Assembly: GCA_041697335.1 (NCBI GenBank)
Contig: JBGUGD010000015.1
Location: 32,001-96,000 of the forward strand
Direction: 5' to 3'
DNA length: 64,000 nt
From: Vampirovibrionaceae bacterium NZW_1234
GTDB lineage: Bacteria; Cyanobacteriota; Vampirovibrionia; Vampirovibrionales; JAGQHJ01
The notes under the pieces are model-generated. The model had not been told where the DNA came from, did no database searches, and saw only the letters and a list, made by a program, of their open reading frames with translations. This document shows, piece after piece, positions 1 through 9,872 of this stretch (position 1 is its first letter; each line of letters opens with the position of its first letter). The translations under genes and the position numbers were made by a program.

Positions 1-130
1 CTTCCGCCCCAGGGTTCACGTCGGGGTGATACTCCCGCGCCAACTTGCGATACGCCGATTTGATTTCCTTTTCCGACGCAGACCGATCCAGACCCAGGAT
101 TTTATAATAGTCTTTATATTGTACGGCCAT
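1..130 (-). CDS. DnaJ/CbpA-class J-domain chaperone, 5' part (runs off the window)
   Basis: Hand translation from ATG at 130: [43 protein letters not shown], a J-domain with HPD; not in the ORF track. Confidence 0.9.
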   Translation of the reverse strand, partial: MAVQYKDYYKILGLDRSASEKEIKSAYRKLAREYHPDVNPGAE

Positions 131-253
131 CGATGTTACCCATCGCGAACTTCTCTCTACGTATTGTTATCTTAACGGCTGAAACGGCTGTCACGGCCAT
201 CCTTAAGAATCCTTTAATTTTACGTTGAAGACCCCAAGGACGCCATCCACCAA

Positions 254-808
254 ATGCATGCCTCTGCCGGATCAGACCGGGTGACTTACACCCTTGAGTC
301 CCTTCAATCGGGGCTTTCCCTCGGGATCCTTCGCCTTCAGAAAGGACCTCTGGGCCTTTGTGAGCTGGCCTCGCTGATAGCCCTGGCCGACTCAATGCCA
401 CCTCAAACCCCATTGCTCCTGGTCACCGAGCATGCCACTGTCCCCAAGCTCAGACCTGGGGACGAGCAAGACTGGATTCTTCTGGCCGGCCAATACCGGG
501 CATGGCAGCACCAGTTTAAACAGCAGGGCGGCAAACTCGCCTCGCTGGTAACCGAGTGTGCCATTGGGGGAAGCTATCTCGTTCATGGCATGGGAGCGTC
601 CATCCGTCTTGCCTATGACCATGCGCTGTTCTATCCGACTCTGGCCCAGGAACACTATGAAGCCCGATTCAAGACGCCGTATCCGCACCCCACGGATGCT
701 CCTACAGCTCTGGCACACCAGCTCATCACCCATATTATCCCGAAGCAGACTGAGCCTTCAGCCTTAGGGGAGCTGGTCATTTTTCTTTTCGATTCACATC
801 ACGCATAA
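254..808 (+). CDS. Hypothetical protein resembling malonate decarboxylase gamma subunit (MdcE)/carboxyltransferase fold
   Basis: 184 aa; LVTECAIGGSYLVHGMGASIRLA resembles the MdcE segment LIYGKAISGAFLAHGLQADR (recalled). Confidence 0.45.
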   Translation: MHASAGSDRVTYTLESLQSGLSLGILRLQKGPLGLCELASLIALADSMPPQTPLLLVTEHATVPKLRPGDEQDWILLAGQYRAWQHQFKQQGGKLASLVTECAIGGSYLVHGMGASIRLAYDHALFYPTLAQEHYEARFKTPYPHPTDAPTALAHQLITHIIPKQTEPSALGELVIFLFDSHHA

Positions 809-820
809 TGCCATTACCAC

Positions 821-970
821 GGGTGAATTTGGTGGTTTGGTGCGGTGCATGATCGTGACCTGGCCGTTTGTTTTCAGAATCTGGAGAACCCCGTCCCAGC
901 ATGGGTTCCCAGAACCCCCTTCGGGACAAATACGGTCCTGACATGCTCCCGGCAGACCCCAAGGGTGAAT
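821..970. other. Long rod-like inverted-repeat element flanked by GGGTGAAT direct repeats (ncRNA or MITE-like)
   Basis: Nested complementary segments 829-962; GGGTGAAT at 821-828 and 963-970. Confidence 0.4.
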
Positions 971-1095
971 TTGTAAACGATTGCGTTACAAACACTAGTC
1001 AGTGGGAAAACTTCATCAGTATAATGACTACATCGAATGTTGATTAAACTATTTGTTCACTAACCTGGGCCGTTTGTGCCATTGTTCCTATACCA

Positions 1096-1989
1096 ATGTC
1101 TCATGCAAACGGTTTTATGAGGAGGACCCCAATGTCGGCAATAGAGGATAGAGAGCGAGTCGTACTGGTCGACTTGTCCCATGCAGAGAGTTCTGCCGAC
1201 GCAGTAAGGCAGTTAGAGGCCTACCTGGATCAGGAGCGCTCGCAAAAGCGCCTGGGCGCCGGGTCACGTATTGAATTGAATACCGGGGACCTCCTCTTAA
1301 CACCGGGCGTGTTGGCCAAGATGACGTTAGCCATCCGCAAACTGGGATTGAGCGTTGAGACCCTGTATTCGGTTGTGCCCCAAACCCAGCAGTCCGCCTT
1401 GGACGAAGGCCTGCTGGTTCGCCAAAAACCGCCGAATTACATGTCCATCGGTGCTCCACGCAAGTTCAGCCCGGAACAGTTTATTAACCAAGCGTATAAA
1501 GATTTGGATCTGCCCTTTGAAAACCTGTCCTCCCCTGAGCGTACTGCCGGGTCGGAACCGCAGGAGCCCTTAACCCGCTTGTCCGTTACTCTGGATGACG
1601 GCACCCGTGAAGAAGTTGAGCGCAATCCCGGTTTGTCTTTAGGCACCGTGTTCTACAAGCAGAATTTGCGCTCCGGCCAAGTCCTAGAAGCCAGCGGTAA
1701 CATTGTGGTGGTTGGTGATGCCCACTCCGGCAGTGAGATTCTGGCCGATGGCGACATCCTGGTCTGGGGGTTCCTGGGCGGCATTGCTCATGCCGGCCGC
1801 CAGGGAAATGATAAATCTGAAATCCGAGCCATTCGTATCGAAGCGGTTCAACTTCGGATTGGTCATTACATCGCACGACGGCCCGACCGGCTGTTCAAGC
1901 TGGGCCAGGCAAAGAAACACCGTGCCCCGGAAGTCGCCCGCGTTCGGGACGGTGAAATCCAGATCTATGAAGATATAGTAGAGCGATAA
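1096..1989 (+). CDS. minC: Septum site-determining protein MinC
   Basis: C-terminal LRSGQ...VVGD...GSEILADGDILVWG.LGGIAHAG motif; upstream of minD. Confidence 0.93.
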   Translation: MSHANGFMRRTPMSAIEDRERVVLVDLSHAESSADAVRQLEAYLDQERSQKRLGAGSRIELNTGDLLLTPGVLAKMTLAIRKLGLSVETLYSVVPQTQQSALDEGLLVRQKPPNYMSIGAPRKFSPEQFINQAYKDLDLPFENLSSPERTAGSEPQEPLTRLSVTLDDGTREEVERNPGLSLGTVFYKQNLRSGQVLEASGNIVVVGDAHSGSEILADGDILVWGFLGGIAHAGRQGNDKSEIRAIRIEAVQLRIGHYIARRPDRLFKLGQAKKHRAPEVARVRDGEIQIYEDIVER

Positions 1990-2012
1990 GAAAGAAGAGG
2001 GACGACACTCTT

Positions 2013-2840
2013 ATGGCAACAAAAACTGAAGGTCGTGTCATTGTCATTACGTCCGGAAAAGGTGGAGTCGGTAAAACAACGTCTACGGCCAACATTGGCG
2101 CAGGTCTGGCCAGGATGGGGTATAAGGTAGTCTTGATTGACACCGACATCGGTCTTCGGAACCTCGACATTTTGATGGGCCTTGAAAATCGCATTGTGTA
2201 CAACATTGTTGACGTGGTTGAAGAACGCTGCAAGTTGGCACAGGCTCTGGTTAAGGATAAGCGGATGCCCAACCTGTGTCTGCTACCGGCGGCTCAAACC
2301 CGGGATAAAAGCGCCTTAACCCCCGAGCAGATGAACTCGGTGGTTAGTGAACTCAAGAAAGAGCATGATTTCATCCTCATTGACAGCCCGGCCGGCATTG
2401 AACAAGGCTTTCAAAATGCCGTCGCAGCCGCATCGGAAGCCATTGTCGTTGCGACGCCGGAAATGTCCTCCGTCCGTGATGCTGACAGAATCATCGGCTT
2501 GCTAGAGACTAAGGAAGAAATCAAGAACTACAAGCTGGTCTTGAACCGGGTTCGCCCGGATATGATCAAAGCCAACGACATGATGGACGTGGATGATGTC
2601 CTGGAAATTCTCTCGGTGAAGCTGTTGGGCATTATTCCGGAAGATCAGGACATTATCATCAGCACCAACCGTGGGGAACCTGTCGTTTTACGGGAAGGTG
2701 AGAAGGTTCCCAAGGCAACCTTGGCCTATCGTAACATTGCCAAACGAATTTCAGGCGAAGATGTTCCCTTTCTTGAGCTGGAAACCCCAGTTCCCTGGAT
2801 GGAGAAGGTCAAAAGTCTGTTTAAATTCGGCGCAGCGTAA
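2013..2840 (+). CDS. minD: Septum site-determining ATPase MinD
   Basis: ITSGKGGVGKTT deviant Walker A, DTDIGLRNLD, DSPAGIE, C-terminal amphipathic helix. Confidence 0.97.
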   Translation: MATKTEGRVIVITSGKGGVGKTTSTANIGAGLARMGYKVVLIDTDIGLRNLDILMGLENRIVYNIVDVVEERCKLAQALVKDKRMPNLCLLPAAQTRDKSALTPEQMNSVVSELKKEHDFILIDSPAGIEQGFQNAVAAASEAIVVATPEMSSVRDADRIIGLLETKEEIKNYKLVLNRVRPDMIKANDMMDVDDVLEILSVKLLGIIPEDQDIIISTNRGEPVVLREGEKVPKATLAYRNIAKRISGEDVPFLELETPVPWMEKVKSLFKFGAA

Positions 2841-3223
2841 TGAGGGGGAAGGATACGATGCCAACAGAAGGGTTGCAACCGCAAAATAACAAGCTGGTCC
2901 AATGGTGGGTCGGGTTGTTTCAGAAACTCTCTGCTCCTGTGCCGACACCCACTGACACAAAGACAGAGATAACCGACAAGGTCGATGGTTCAGCATCGGC
3001 GAAAGACGATGCCAAAAACCGCCTGAAACTGGTTTTAATGCACGACCGTACCCAGCTCTCTCCCTCGTTATTGGAAGATATGCGAGATGAGCTGATGGAG
3101 GTCATTTCCAAGTACGTCGAAATCGATAAAACCACGATGGATCTGTGCTTGGAGCAAGAAAGCAATACGATTGCCCTGGTCGCCAATATCCAAGTTGTCC
3201 GTGGCCGGGAAGCAACGTCGTAA
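2840..3223 (+). CDS. minE: Cell division topological specificity factor MinE (start may be 2858)
   Basis: AKNRLKLVLMHDR...LMEVISKYVEID; follows minD. Confidence 0.93.
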   Translation: MRGKDTMPTEGLQPQNNKLVQWWVGLFQKLSAPVPTPTDTKTEITDKVDGSASAKDDAKNRLKLVLMHDRTQLSPSLLEDMRDELMEVISKYVEIDKTTMDLCLEQESNTIALVANIQVVRGREATS

Positions 3224-3279
3224 CACGTTTGGCTGACTTGTAGTTCGCGCTTGCGGGCTTTCAGGAGAGTCAATTTACT

Positions 3280-3315
3280 AAAAGAGGACTGTTCGGGATG
3301 TTGCAGTCCTCTTTT
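3280..3315. terminator. Bidirectional intrinsic terminator
   Basis: AAAAGAGGACTG...CAGTCCTCTTTT between convergent genes. Confidence 0.75.
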
Positions 3316-3341
3316 CGGTTTGTCTTCCAGGTCGGTTTGCC

Positions 3342-3902
3342 TTACGGGCGAGGCGGCGGGGGAACCCACTCGCCATTGAGGGCCCCGTAGACCACTTCAT
3401 CCAGATACCGCTCCCGAACCAGCAGGGAGTTTCGTAAGACGCCTTCATTTTGGAAATTCAAGCGCTCCATCAGCTTCTGGCCACGAATATTTTCCACCCC
3501 CGTGCGAGCTTCCACCCGGTTGATCTGCAAGGTATTAAAGGCATACTCGGTAAGGGCGAGGAGGGCTTTATACACATTTCCTTTACCTTCATAAGCCTGG
3601 CTAACCCAGGCCCCAATAACAGCAATACTGTTGTTCCAGTCAATTTCCTGGTAGGAAACGCCGCCTACGAGTTTATTATCGACCCACAAGCCCGCCTTCA
3701 TGCCAATATTATTGGCATAATGCCCTAAGGCCACTTGAATGAAGTTATGGGCATCCTGTACGGATTGAAACGTTTCCAGCCAGCCAAACCACGGATTCAT
3801 ATGCTCTCGATCGCTTTGAATCAAGTCAAACCAGGCTTGTGTATCGGCATAATCCAATAACCGCAATTCCAGCCCTTCACCTAACGTCCAACTCAGCTTC
3901 AT
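3342..3902 (-). CDS. GNAT N-acetyltransferase, RimJ/RimL family
   Basis: GAWVSQAYEGKG, INRVEA, N.RG.KLMERLNFQNEG. Confidence 0.88.
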   Translation of the reverse strand: MKLSWTLGEGLELRLLDYADTQAWFDLIQSDREHMNPWFGWLETFQSVQDAHNFIQVALGHYANNIGMKAGLWVDNKLVGGVSYQEIDWNNSIAVIGAWVSQAYEGKGNVYKALLALTEYAFNTLQINRVEARTGVENIRGQKLMERLNFQNEGVLRNSLLVRERYLDEVVYGALNGEWVPPPPRP

Positions 3903-4456
3903 CAGGAGGCCCCCCCAAACTCGGAGGCCAGCAGGCCATAGACCTGAATATCATGGTACTTGCCATTCAGCCACTGGGCACTGCGAAACTTGCATTCCGT
4001 TTGAAACCCAAGCCTCTGGGCCACCTTAATGGCGCGTTCATTATCGGTGGTACACCGAATTTCCATCTTGTTCAGGCCCATGTCGTTATAGGAGTACTCC
4101 AAAACTTTTTTAGCCCCCATGGTAACCAGCCCTTTGCCTTGAGCGGCAGAGTCCAGCCAATAGATAAGCCAACCCAAGCGGTTCGTCCAATCAATGGGTT
4201 GCTGATGCCCAATAAGCCCGGCCAATTTATTCTGGTACCAGATGCCCAGCATAATTCCATTGCGTTGGGAAAACTGCGTCAGCGAATAGGATACGAAACG
4301 CTGAACATCGGCTTGTGTGCGCATCATATCGCCCCAGCCGAACCATTTTTTCAAATACGTGCGATTTCGCTCAATCAGGGCGTGCAGTTCGGCCGTATGC
4401 TCGTAGGAGAGCATACGCACTTCGGCCAGGGGCAACTCTAAAGGACAACGATACAT
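3902..4456 (-). CDS. GNAT N-acetyltransferase, RimJ/RimL family (tandem paralogue)
   Basis: YWLDSAAQGKGLVT, GLNKMEIRC, NERAIKVAQRLGF. Confidence 0.88.
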   Translation of the reverse strand: MYRCPLELPLAEVRMLSYEHTAELHALIERNRTYLKKWFGWGDMMRTQADVQRFVSYSLTQFSQRNGIMLGIWYQNKLAGLIGHQQPIDWTNRLGWLIYWLDSAAQGKGLVTMGAKKVLEYSYNDMGLNKMEIRCTTDNERAIKVAQRLGFQTECKFRSAQWLNGKYHDIQVYGLLASEFGGAS

Positions 4457-4622
4457 AATGATAGGGGACTCTTGGGGTTACAGAAATGTCAGGCAGATTG
4501 GCTCCCATTGTAAATTGTTTTTTCCGCCTTGGGATGACGTATTTGGAGGAGAAAAACCGTATTTTTACCCAACGTGGAATTTTCGGTAGAATGAAGGGAA
4601 CAGATTGAACCAAGGAATTCCA

Positions 4623-5657
4623 ATGCGCCCTTTCTTACTGCCCCGAACTGCATGGCTCGCTACACTGGCCCTGACCTGTGTTGTCGGTCTGGGGGCCTTT
4701 TATCCGGCACAATCTCGGGTTGTTTCCCCGGTTTCTCTTCAGCAGTCCCGTGGCATGGTGAGTCGTTTCTACTACCAAATTGCTCTGGAAGCAGGAACAC
4801 TGGGCCAGCTGGATTTTTCCAGCGATCTGATGGGTCGGGTTTACCGGCTGAACCCGGATAACCTCCATGTGGTGATGAACTATGCCCAGCTACTTCAAGG
4901 GCAGCACAAACTGGAAGAAGCCTTAATCGTTTATCAGCGCCTGCTGGCCCAAACCACGGATCCGGACATCCGGGCCGTCCTGCTGTACCAAAGTGCCCTG
5001 CTGTATGATGACCTGAATCGTCTGCCGGAAGCCATTGAGAGCTTGACCACCTCCATTAACCTCATTACTAACCAGGTTCCCGGTGTTTTTTACTATAATT
5101 TAGGCGTGTTTCATGCCAAGCTGAATCAGTTTGAAGAATCCCGAATTTACTCTCAAAAAGCCGTTGAGCGTGTCCCGGAGTCTGCAGCGGCCTGGAATAA
5201 CCTGGCCTATAGCTTTGCCAAACTGGGGCGCTACGAGGAAGGCTATGACTCCATTCAGCATTCCCTTCACATTGAGCCCCGTAATGCCAATGCCTTGGAT
5301 AGTCTGGGCTATATCCTCTACCACTTGGGCCGGTATGATGAAGCCATTGAGACGTACCAAAAAGCCCTGTCCGAAGACCCCTTGATGGCCGAAAGCATGC
5401 TGTACCTTGGCTTGGCTTATGAGGCCAAAAATCAGCTGAGCAAAGCCATTGAGGCTTTGGAGCGTTTTGTGATTGTTTCTGATGACCCCAAGCAGACCGC
5501 TGAGATTCAAGGTAAAATTGCCCGGTTAAAGTCAAAAGTGGCCGATCACGCCTGGAGTCCCCCTTTGAGCAAACCCGGCTCCCAGGTTTCAGCTCAACTG
5601 GAAAAATCACTGCCGGGCGTGTCAGTCGATCCGGACCAAAAGCCGGACGTAAAATAG
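4623..5657 (+). CDS. Exported tetratricopeptide-repeat protein
   Basis: Signal-peptide-like N-terminus; several TPRs (AWNNLAYSF, ALDSLGYILY); ORF opens at 4605. Confidence 0.85.
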   Translation: MRPFLLPRTAWLATLALTCVVGLGAFYPAQSRVVSPVSLQQSRGMVSRFYYQIALEAGTLGQLDFSSDLMGRVYRLNPDNLHVVMNYAQLLQGQHKLEEALIVYQRLLAQTTDPDIRAVLLYQSALLYDDLNRLPEAIESLTTSINLITNQVPGVFYYNLGVFHAKLNQFEESRIYSQKAVERVPESAAAWNNLAYSFAKLGRYEEGYDSIQHSLHIEPRNANALDSLGYILYHLGRYDEAIETYQKALSEDPLMAESMLYLGLAYEAKNQLSKAIEALERFVIVSDDPKQTAEIQGKIARLKSKVADHAWSPPLSKPGSQVSAQLEKSLPGVSVDPDQKPDVK

Positions 5658-5665
5658 GTTGTCCT

Positions 5666-6196
5666 ATGGTAATGAAGCGAAAAACAAATCTTGTTTTCCT
5701 AACCGGCTATATGGGGGCCGGAAAATCCACCATAGGAAGGAAACTTGCTATTGCCCTCGGCTATCGGTTTATGGATACGGACAAAGCGTTGGAGAAACAA
5801 TTCAAGCTCAAGATGTCCGACATTTTTAAGACCCACGGCGAGCCTCGGTTCCGTCAGGAAGAAGAACGCCTCATTGAAAAGATGGCCTCGAAGTCCAATT
5901 ATGTTATTTCCACCGGTGGGGGCACCTTAACCCGCACAGAAACATTTTTCACCGCCCAGCGTGCAGGGCTTTTAATCTACCTGAAAGCCCCGGTTGAAAT
6001 TCTTTACGAGCGCGCCATCTTTAGCCAGAAAGACCGCCCGCTACTCAACGCCCAAAACCCGGAAGAACTCTTCCAGAAGCGCTTTAAAACACGGGAGCCC
6101 TACTATATCCGGGCTGACTTTACTGTTGAAACCGTTGACCGAAGCTCAGATGACGTGGTCAAGGACATTGTGGCATGGTTGAAAGAACAACAGTAA
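5666..6196 (+). CDS. aroK: Shikimate kinase
   Basis: GYMGAGKST, DTD, FRQEE, STGGG, RPLL. Confidence 0.95.
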   Translation: MVMKRKTNLVFLTGYMGAGKSTIGRKLAIALGYRFMDTDKALEKQFKLKMSDIFKTHGEPRFRQEEERLIEKMASKSNYVISTGGGTLTRTETFFTAQRAGLLIYLKAPVEILYERAIFSQKDRPLLNAQNPEELFQKRFKTREPYYIRADFTVETVDRSSDDVVKDIVAWLKEQQ

Positions 6197-7284
6197 GCCT
6201 GCCGGCGCTGCCTCATTCCTATCCCATTGAAATCGGAGCCGGTCTGTTGGCACAGCTGGGTACGTTTGTTCGCAAACAGCTACCCCAAGCGACCCGAGCC
6301 TTTGTGATTACGGATTCCGCCGTGGGTCCTTTGTATTTGCCTGAAGCCGTCAAGCAGTTGGAGGCCGGTGGCTTCGTTGTTTCTTCGGAAACCATCCCTC
6401 CGGGAGAGTCCTCCAAATCCCTTGAGATGCTCAGTCACCTGTATCGTCGAGCAATTGAACTTGGATTGAAGCGAAACGATGCCGTTATTGCCTTAGGTGG
6501 CGGTATTGTGGGCGATTTGACCGGGTATTTTTCCGCCACCTATCAGCGCGGAGTTGCCTTTATTCAAGTCCCTACAACCCTTTTAGCCCAGGTTGACTCC
6601 TCCATTGGCGGCAAAGTGGCCATTAACTGGGATCGCCTTAAAAACTTTGTCGGGTGTTTCTACCACCCACACGGGGTTTTGATTGACACTCAAACGCTTT
6701 CAACCCTGCCTGCAAGAGAATTTTGCTGTGGCATGGCCGAAGTCATCAAGTATAGCCTGCTGGAAAGAAGTGTCCCTGGGTATCCCCCTCCTGATTCGTT
6801 TTTTTCCTTCCTAAAGGCTCATAATCCAACGACGCTCAAGACCGTGCTTCCCAGTGTTATTCTGAGATGCTGCACCATTAAAGCGGCCGTCGTCGCTGCG
6901 GATCCGGAAGAACGGCATGGGATTCGGGAACTTCTGAACCTGGGTCATACATTTGCCCATGCCTATGAGACCCTCTCTGATGGGGCTATACCGCATGGCG
7001 AAGCGGTTGGCATGGGGATTTACAAAGCCTTTCAGGTCGCTGCTCTCTTCCAGTCGGTTTCAAACGAGGATGTGTTGGCCATCAAGTCATTGCTAGAAGC
7101 CTATCACCTCCCGCTTGAGCCTTTTGAGCCCTACCCGGCCGAGGCCGTTTTAGATGTGATGCGGCGGGATAAAAAGGCCAATGATGATGCCAGCCTGCGT
7201 TTAGTTTTGCCCACCGGCAGTATTGGGCACGCAACCGTGCAAACAAGAATAAAACCGGCTGAAATTCTGCCGGTTTTAGAATAA
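6175..7284 (+). CDS. aroB: 3-dehydroquinate synthase
   Basis: GGGIVGD, PTTLLAQVDSSIGGK, LNLGHTFAHA, HGEAV. Confidence 0.96.
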   Translation: MVERTTVSLPALPHSYPIEIGAGLLAQLGTFVRKQLPQATRAFVITDSAVGPLYLPEAVKQLEAGGFVVSSETIPPGESSKSLEMLSHLYRRAIELGLKRNDAVIALGGGIVGDLTGYFSATYQRGVAFIQVPTTLLAQVDSSIGGKVAINWDRLKNFVGCFYHPHGVLIDTQTLSTLPAREFCCGMAEVIKYSLLERSVPGYPPPDSFFSFLKAHNPTTLKTVLPSVILRCCTIKAAVVAADPEERHGIRELLNLGHTFAHAYETLSDGAIPHGEAVGMGIYKAFQVAALFQSVSNEDVLAIKSLLEAYHLPLEPFEPYPAEAVLDVMRRDKKANDDASLRLVLPTGSIGHATVQTRIKPAEILPVLE

Positions 7285-7449
7285 CTGTTTAAAGTCCCAC
7301 TTAATTTGCCAGTTATAAACAGTAGTGTTTTTTCTTACACATAGCTTACATCTGCATGCGGCATTTTTGAAAGGGTTTATGAATAAATTTGAAGTGCTTT
7401 TTTCGTGAAAACTGATATCGTTCTTCTAGCAACTCTTTGAGACACCCAA

Positions 7450-8400
7450 TTAACCCAAATGCTTGTCGATGGGTTTCTCTCCCCCAAGAGGAAAAGGATC
7501 GATCAAATATAAGCGCCACCAAGGTGTCTTTTGAGATTCCGGCAGCTTTTCCTTTTTGGGTGATGGCAAGGAGCATGGGCTTCCAGACTTGAAGTTCGTT
7601 GCATTTTTAGGCTTGAACGTTTTATTCGGATTGCTCTGCAAGCTATCGGTCCCATTGGGGGTCTTCACTTGATGGAGTGCAAAAGTTTCACATTGATTCA
7701 GTGTGTCCAAAGCAACCCGACTCTGACCAATATAAACCTGATCCCCGGTCGCCACTTCAATCACCTTGTATTGGCGCCTGATCGCCTCGGACGAACGAAC
7801 CGCCACCGCACCACACACCCCGCCTCTGCGGTTGGGCTTGGGACTGCCAGCGCTGATGTACCAGGTATCGTTATCGGCGCGATAGTAAACATGAGAGACC
7901 GCTCCGAGCGTCTTAGATTGCCCCCAAAATACACTGGTCGGGATATGGGCTCCTTGCAGCAGGGCATAGATTCGGCTGCCGATGGCCTGACTCATGGGAT
8001 AGATTTCCTTCCCGCCGAGTAGCAGTGCGCGAATGGGTTGGCCCTCTCGCTGCAGCAAATCCAGCTCGGCTCGGACAGCATGCTCAATATCTTGAAGCCG
8101 GTAAGGAAAGGTGTTGCCTTGCTTGGGAGCCAGGTGAAATAACGAGACCCGGCGGCCATTTTGAAGCCCCAGGACATTACAGTCCAGGATATTCTCCGAG
8201 AGGACACGCTCTTTCAGGCTGGCCCGCTGTTCAATTGTCCACGGGGCGGACACAACCTCATCCTGCCGGATGGGCTGGGCCAACAGCTGCTTCTTGGGGA
8301 CAAAGCGAATGTCCGAGGAAAAGCGGGGAATGCGCATTTGGGGCGGTTCAACTCGATAGACAGTCTGGTATCTTCGACCTAACTCAACCTTAAACGTCAC
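7450..8400 (-). CDS. Orphan protein with candidate CNF1/CheD-like Cys-His catalytic pair
   Basis: 316 aa; ENILDC74...SLFH89L, then ALLLGG; N-terminal RFSS leader. Confidence 0.5.
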   Translation of the reverse strand: MTFKVELGRRYQTVYRVEPPQMRIPRFSSDIRFVPKKQLLAQPIRQDEVVSAPWTIEQRASLKERVLSENILDCNVLGLQNGRRVSLFHLAPKQGNTFPYRLQDIEHAVRAELDLLQREGQPIRALLLGGKEIYPMSQAIGSRIYALLQGAHIPTSVFWGQSKTLGAVSHVYYRADNDTWYISAGSPKPNRRGGVCGAVAVRSSEAIRRQYKVIEVATGDQVYIGQSRVALDTLNQCETFALHQVKTPNGTDSLQSNPNKTFKPKNATNFKSGSPCSLPSPKKEKLPESQKTPWWRLYLIDPFPLGGEKPIDKHLG

Positions 8401-8505
8401 TCAAGTTCCAGAATTGCCAGGTCGATCCAGAGCGTGTCCCATTTTAGCGATAAGCACCGAAAAAGCATAGCCCCCTAAAGGCCGAAGCATTGGAGTGCGC
8501 TGAGC

Positions 8506-8976
8506 TTAAAAACTTAATACTGGAGGTATTTGGATATTTGTCCCGAACGCAGCTTTGAGTTTAGGCAGATCCAAGGTCCGGTGTTGGCTTGCCAAAGACT
8601 CTAAGGCAGGCCAATTGATTTTTTGGGGATTCCCCGGATCTCTGAAGAGAAATTCGCCGGTTTGCACCTGCTTTGCATCTTGATTCTGATGAATCAATCG
8701 TCCCCAGTGGATGATATCCACTTCACCCAAGGCAAGGGCACCTATGCCGTCGAATCGTTCTAAAGTAGCCTCCAAGCCCTTGAACTCATCGTCCTTGATG
8801 TTCGATATCTCCATTTCACCACGGATATGGGCCTTCAGCGATTTCAACATCACCGCACTGTCATGAATTTCAAAGGCTTTGGCCGGAGCTGATGAAAACC
8901 TTGTCGTAACAGTGTTTGTTCTTGTTGCCGCCGGTTTTAACGACCGGGGCATTGCCATTGGGGCCGAAATTCTCAT
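8506..8976 (-). CDS. Hypothetical protein with RFSS-type N-terminal leader
   Basis: AGGAGA RBS before ATG 8976; MRISAPMAM...TTRFSS. Confidence 0.7.
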   Translation of the reverse strand: MRISAPMAMPRSLKPAATRTNTVTTRFSSAPAKAFEIHDSAVMLKSLKAHIRGEMEISNIKDDEFKGLEATLERFDGIGALALGEVDIIHWGRLIHQNQDAKQVQTGEFLFRDPGNPQKINWPALESLASQHRTLDLPKLKAAFGTNIQIPPVLSF

Positions 8977-9155
8977 AAGGGCTCTCTCCTTCAACCTGAT
9001 CCCATTTGTTTTATCCAATATTCAAAACCGGGGACATCCTACCTGAAAAACAGATTCAGGAAAAGTTGCAGGACAAACCATGAGCTCAACGGGTATGAAT
9101 CGCCAAAGTGGCCTTTCCGTGGCACACTAATCACCAGTGATACGTAGCCAAGCCT

Positions 9156-9812
9156 TTGATACCCATGTCATCCAAGTCCAATAAGCAAGCCATTCGTCTC
9201 TTTCTAGGTACACCCGTCTCCATGGCATTGCGAGAGGCCATGACTTCAATCTATCAGAAACGGCAGGAAATTGAGGCTGCCTGGGACTGGAAAGTTTCCT
9301 GGGCCGGCCCGGATACGTGGCATATGACCTGGATGTTTATGGGCGATGTTCCACAAAGCGATGTTCCGAAACTTCAAGACAAGCTGACAAAAGCCGTTAC
9401 CCAGATTCCACACTTTGATCTGCAGTTTGACACATTGGCCTTTTGGCCGAATGCTCGACACCCCCGCTATCTGGTGTGGCTGGGAGACCCTGAGCAAACG
9501 ACTCTAAAAGAACTCGTTAAATGCTTACAGACTACCTTTCCGAAATATGCCGAGCGACGCCGTTTTAAACCCCATATCACCCTGGCTCGATTTCGCCAAG
9601 CACGGGTGGACTCTCCGAAACCGGTGACTCTTCCCCAGCTTGTGAATATCCCAACCACGCGCTGGTCTATTGAGCAGGTGCACCTTTACCAGAGCATCCT
9701 CTCCCCTCAGGGAGCCCAGCACAAAAGCCTGTTTTACAGCTCATTGGCCTCGCTTGAAAAGCCATCCGGTCCCAAGTATGATGAGACGGAGTCTGGATTT
9801 TCATTCTCGTGA
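9156..9812 (+). CDS. thpR: RNA 2',3'-cyclic phosphodiesterase (2H family)
   Basis: RLF start, two HxT motifs (WHMT, PHITLAR), LYQS. Confidence 0.9.
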   Translation: MIPMSSKSNKQAIRLFLGTPVSMALREAMTSIYQKRQEIEAAWDWKVSWAGPDTWHMTWMFMGDVPQSDVPKLQDKLTKAVTQIPHFDLQFDTLAFWPNARHPRYLVWLGDPEQTTLKELVKCLQTTFPKYAERRRFKPHITLARFRQARVDSPKPVTLPQLVNIPTTRWSIEQVHLYQSILSPQGAQHKSLFYSSLASLEKPSGPKYDETESGFSFS

Positions 9813-9872
9813 ATGCCTAGGCCCCCGGGACCAGGGCAAAACATCCCCCATAATTTAGGAGACCTAACCACT

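Noticed and set aside
886..946. SRP (4.5S) RNA, suggested by GAACCCCGTC (+) and GTCAGGACCG (-)
   Set aside because: The required CAGG-GNRA-GGxAGCAGC domain IV is absent on both strands
3342..4456. Tandem GNAT pair as a toxin-antitoxin or novel system
   Set aside because: Both are ordinary RimJ/RimL-type proteins and no antitoxin ORF is present
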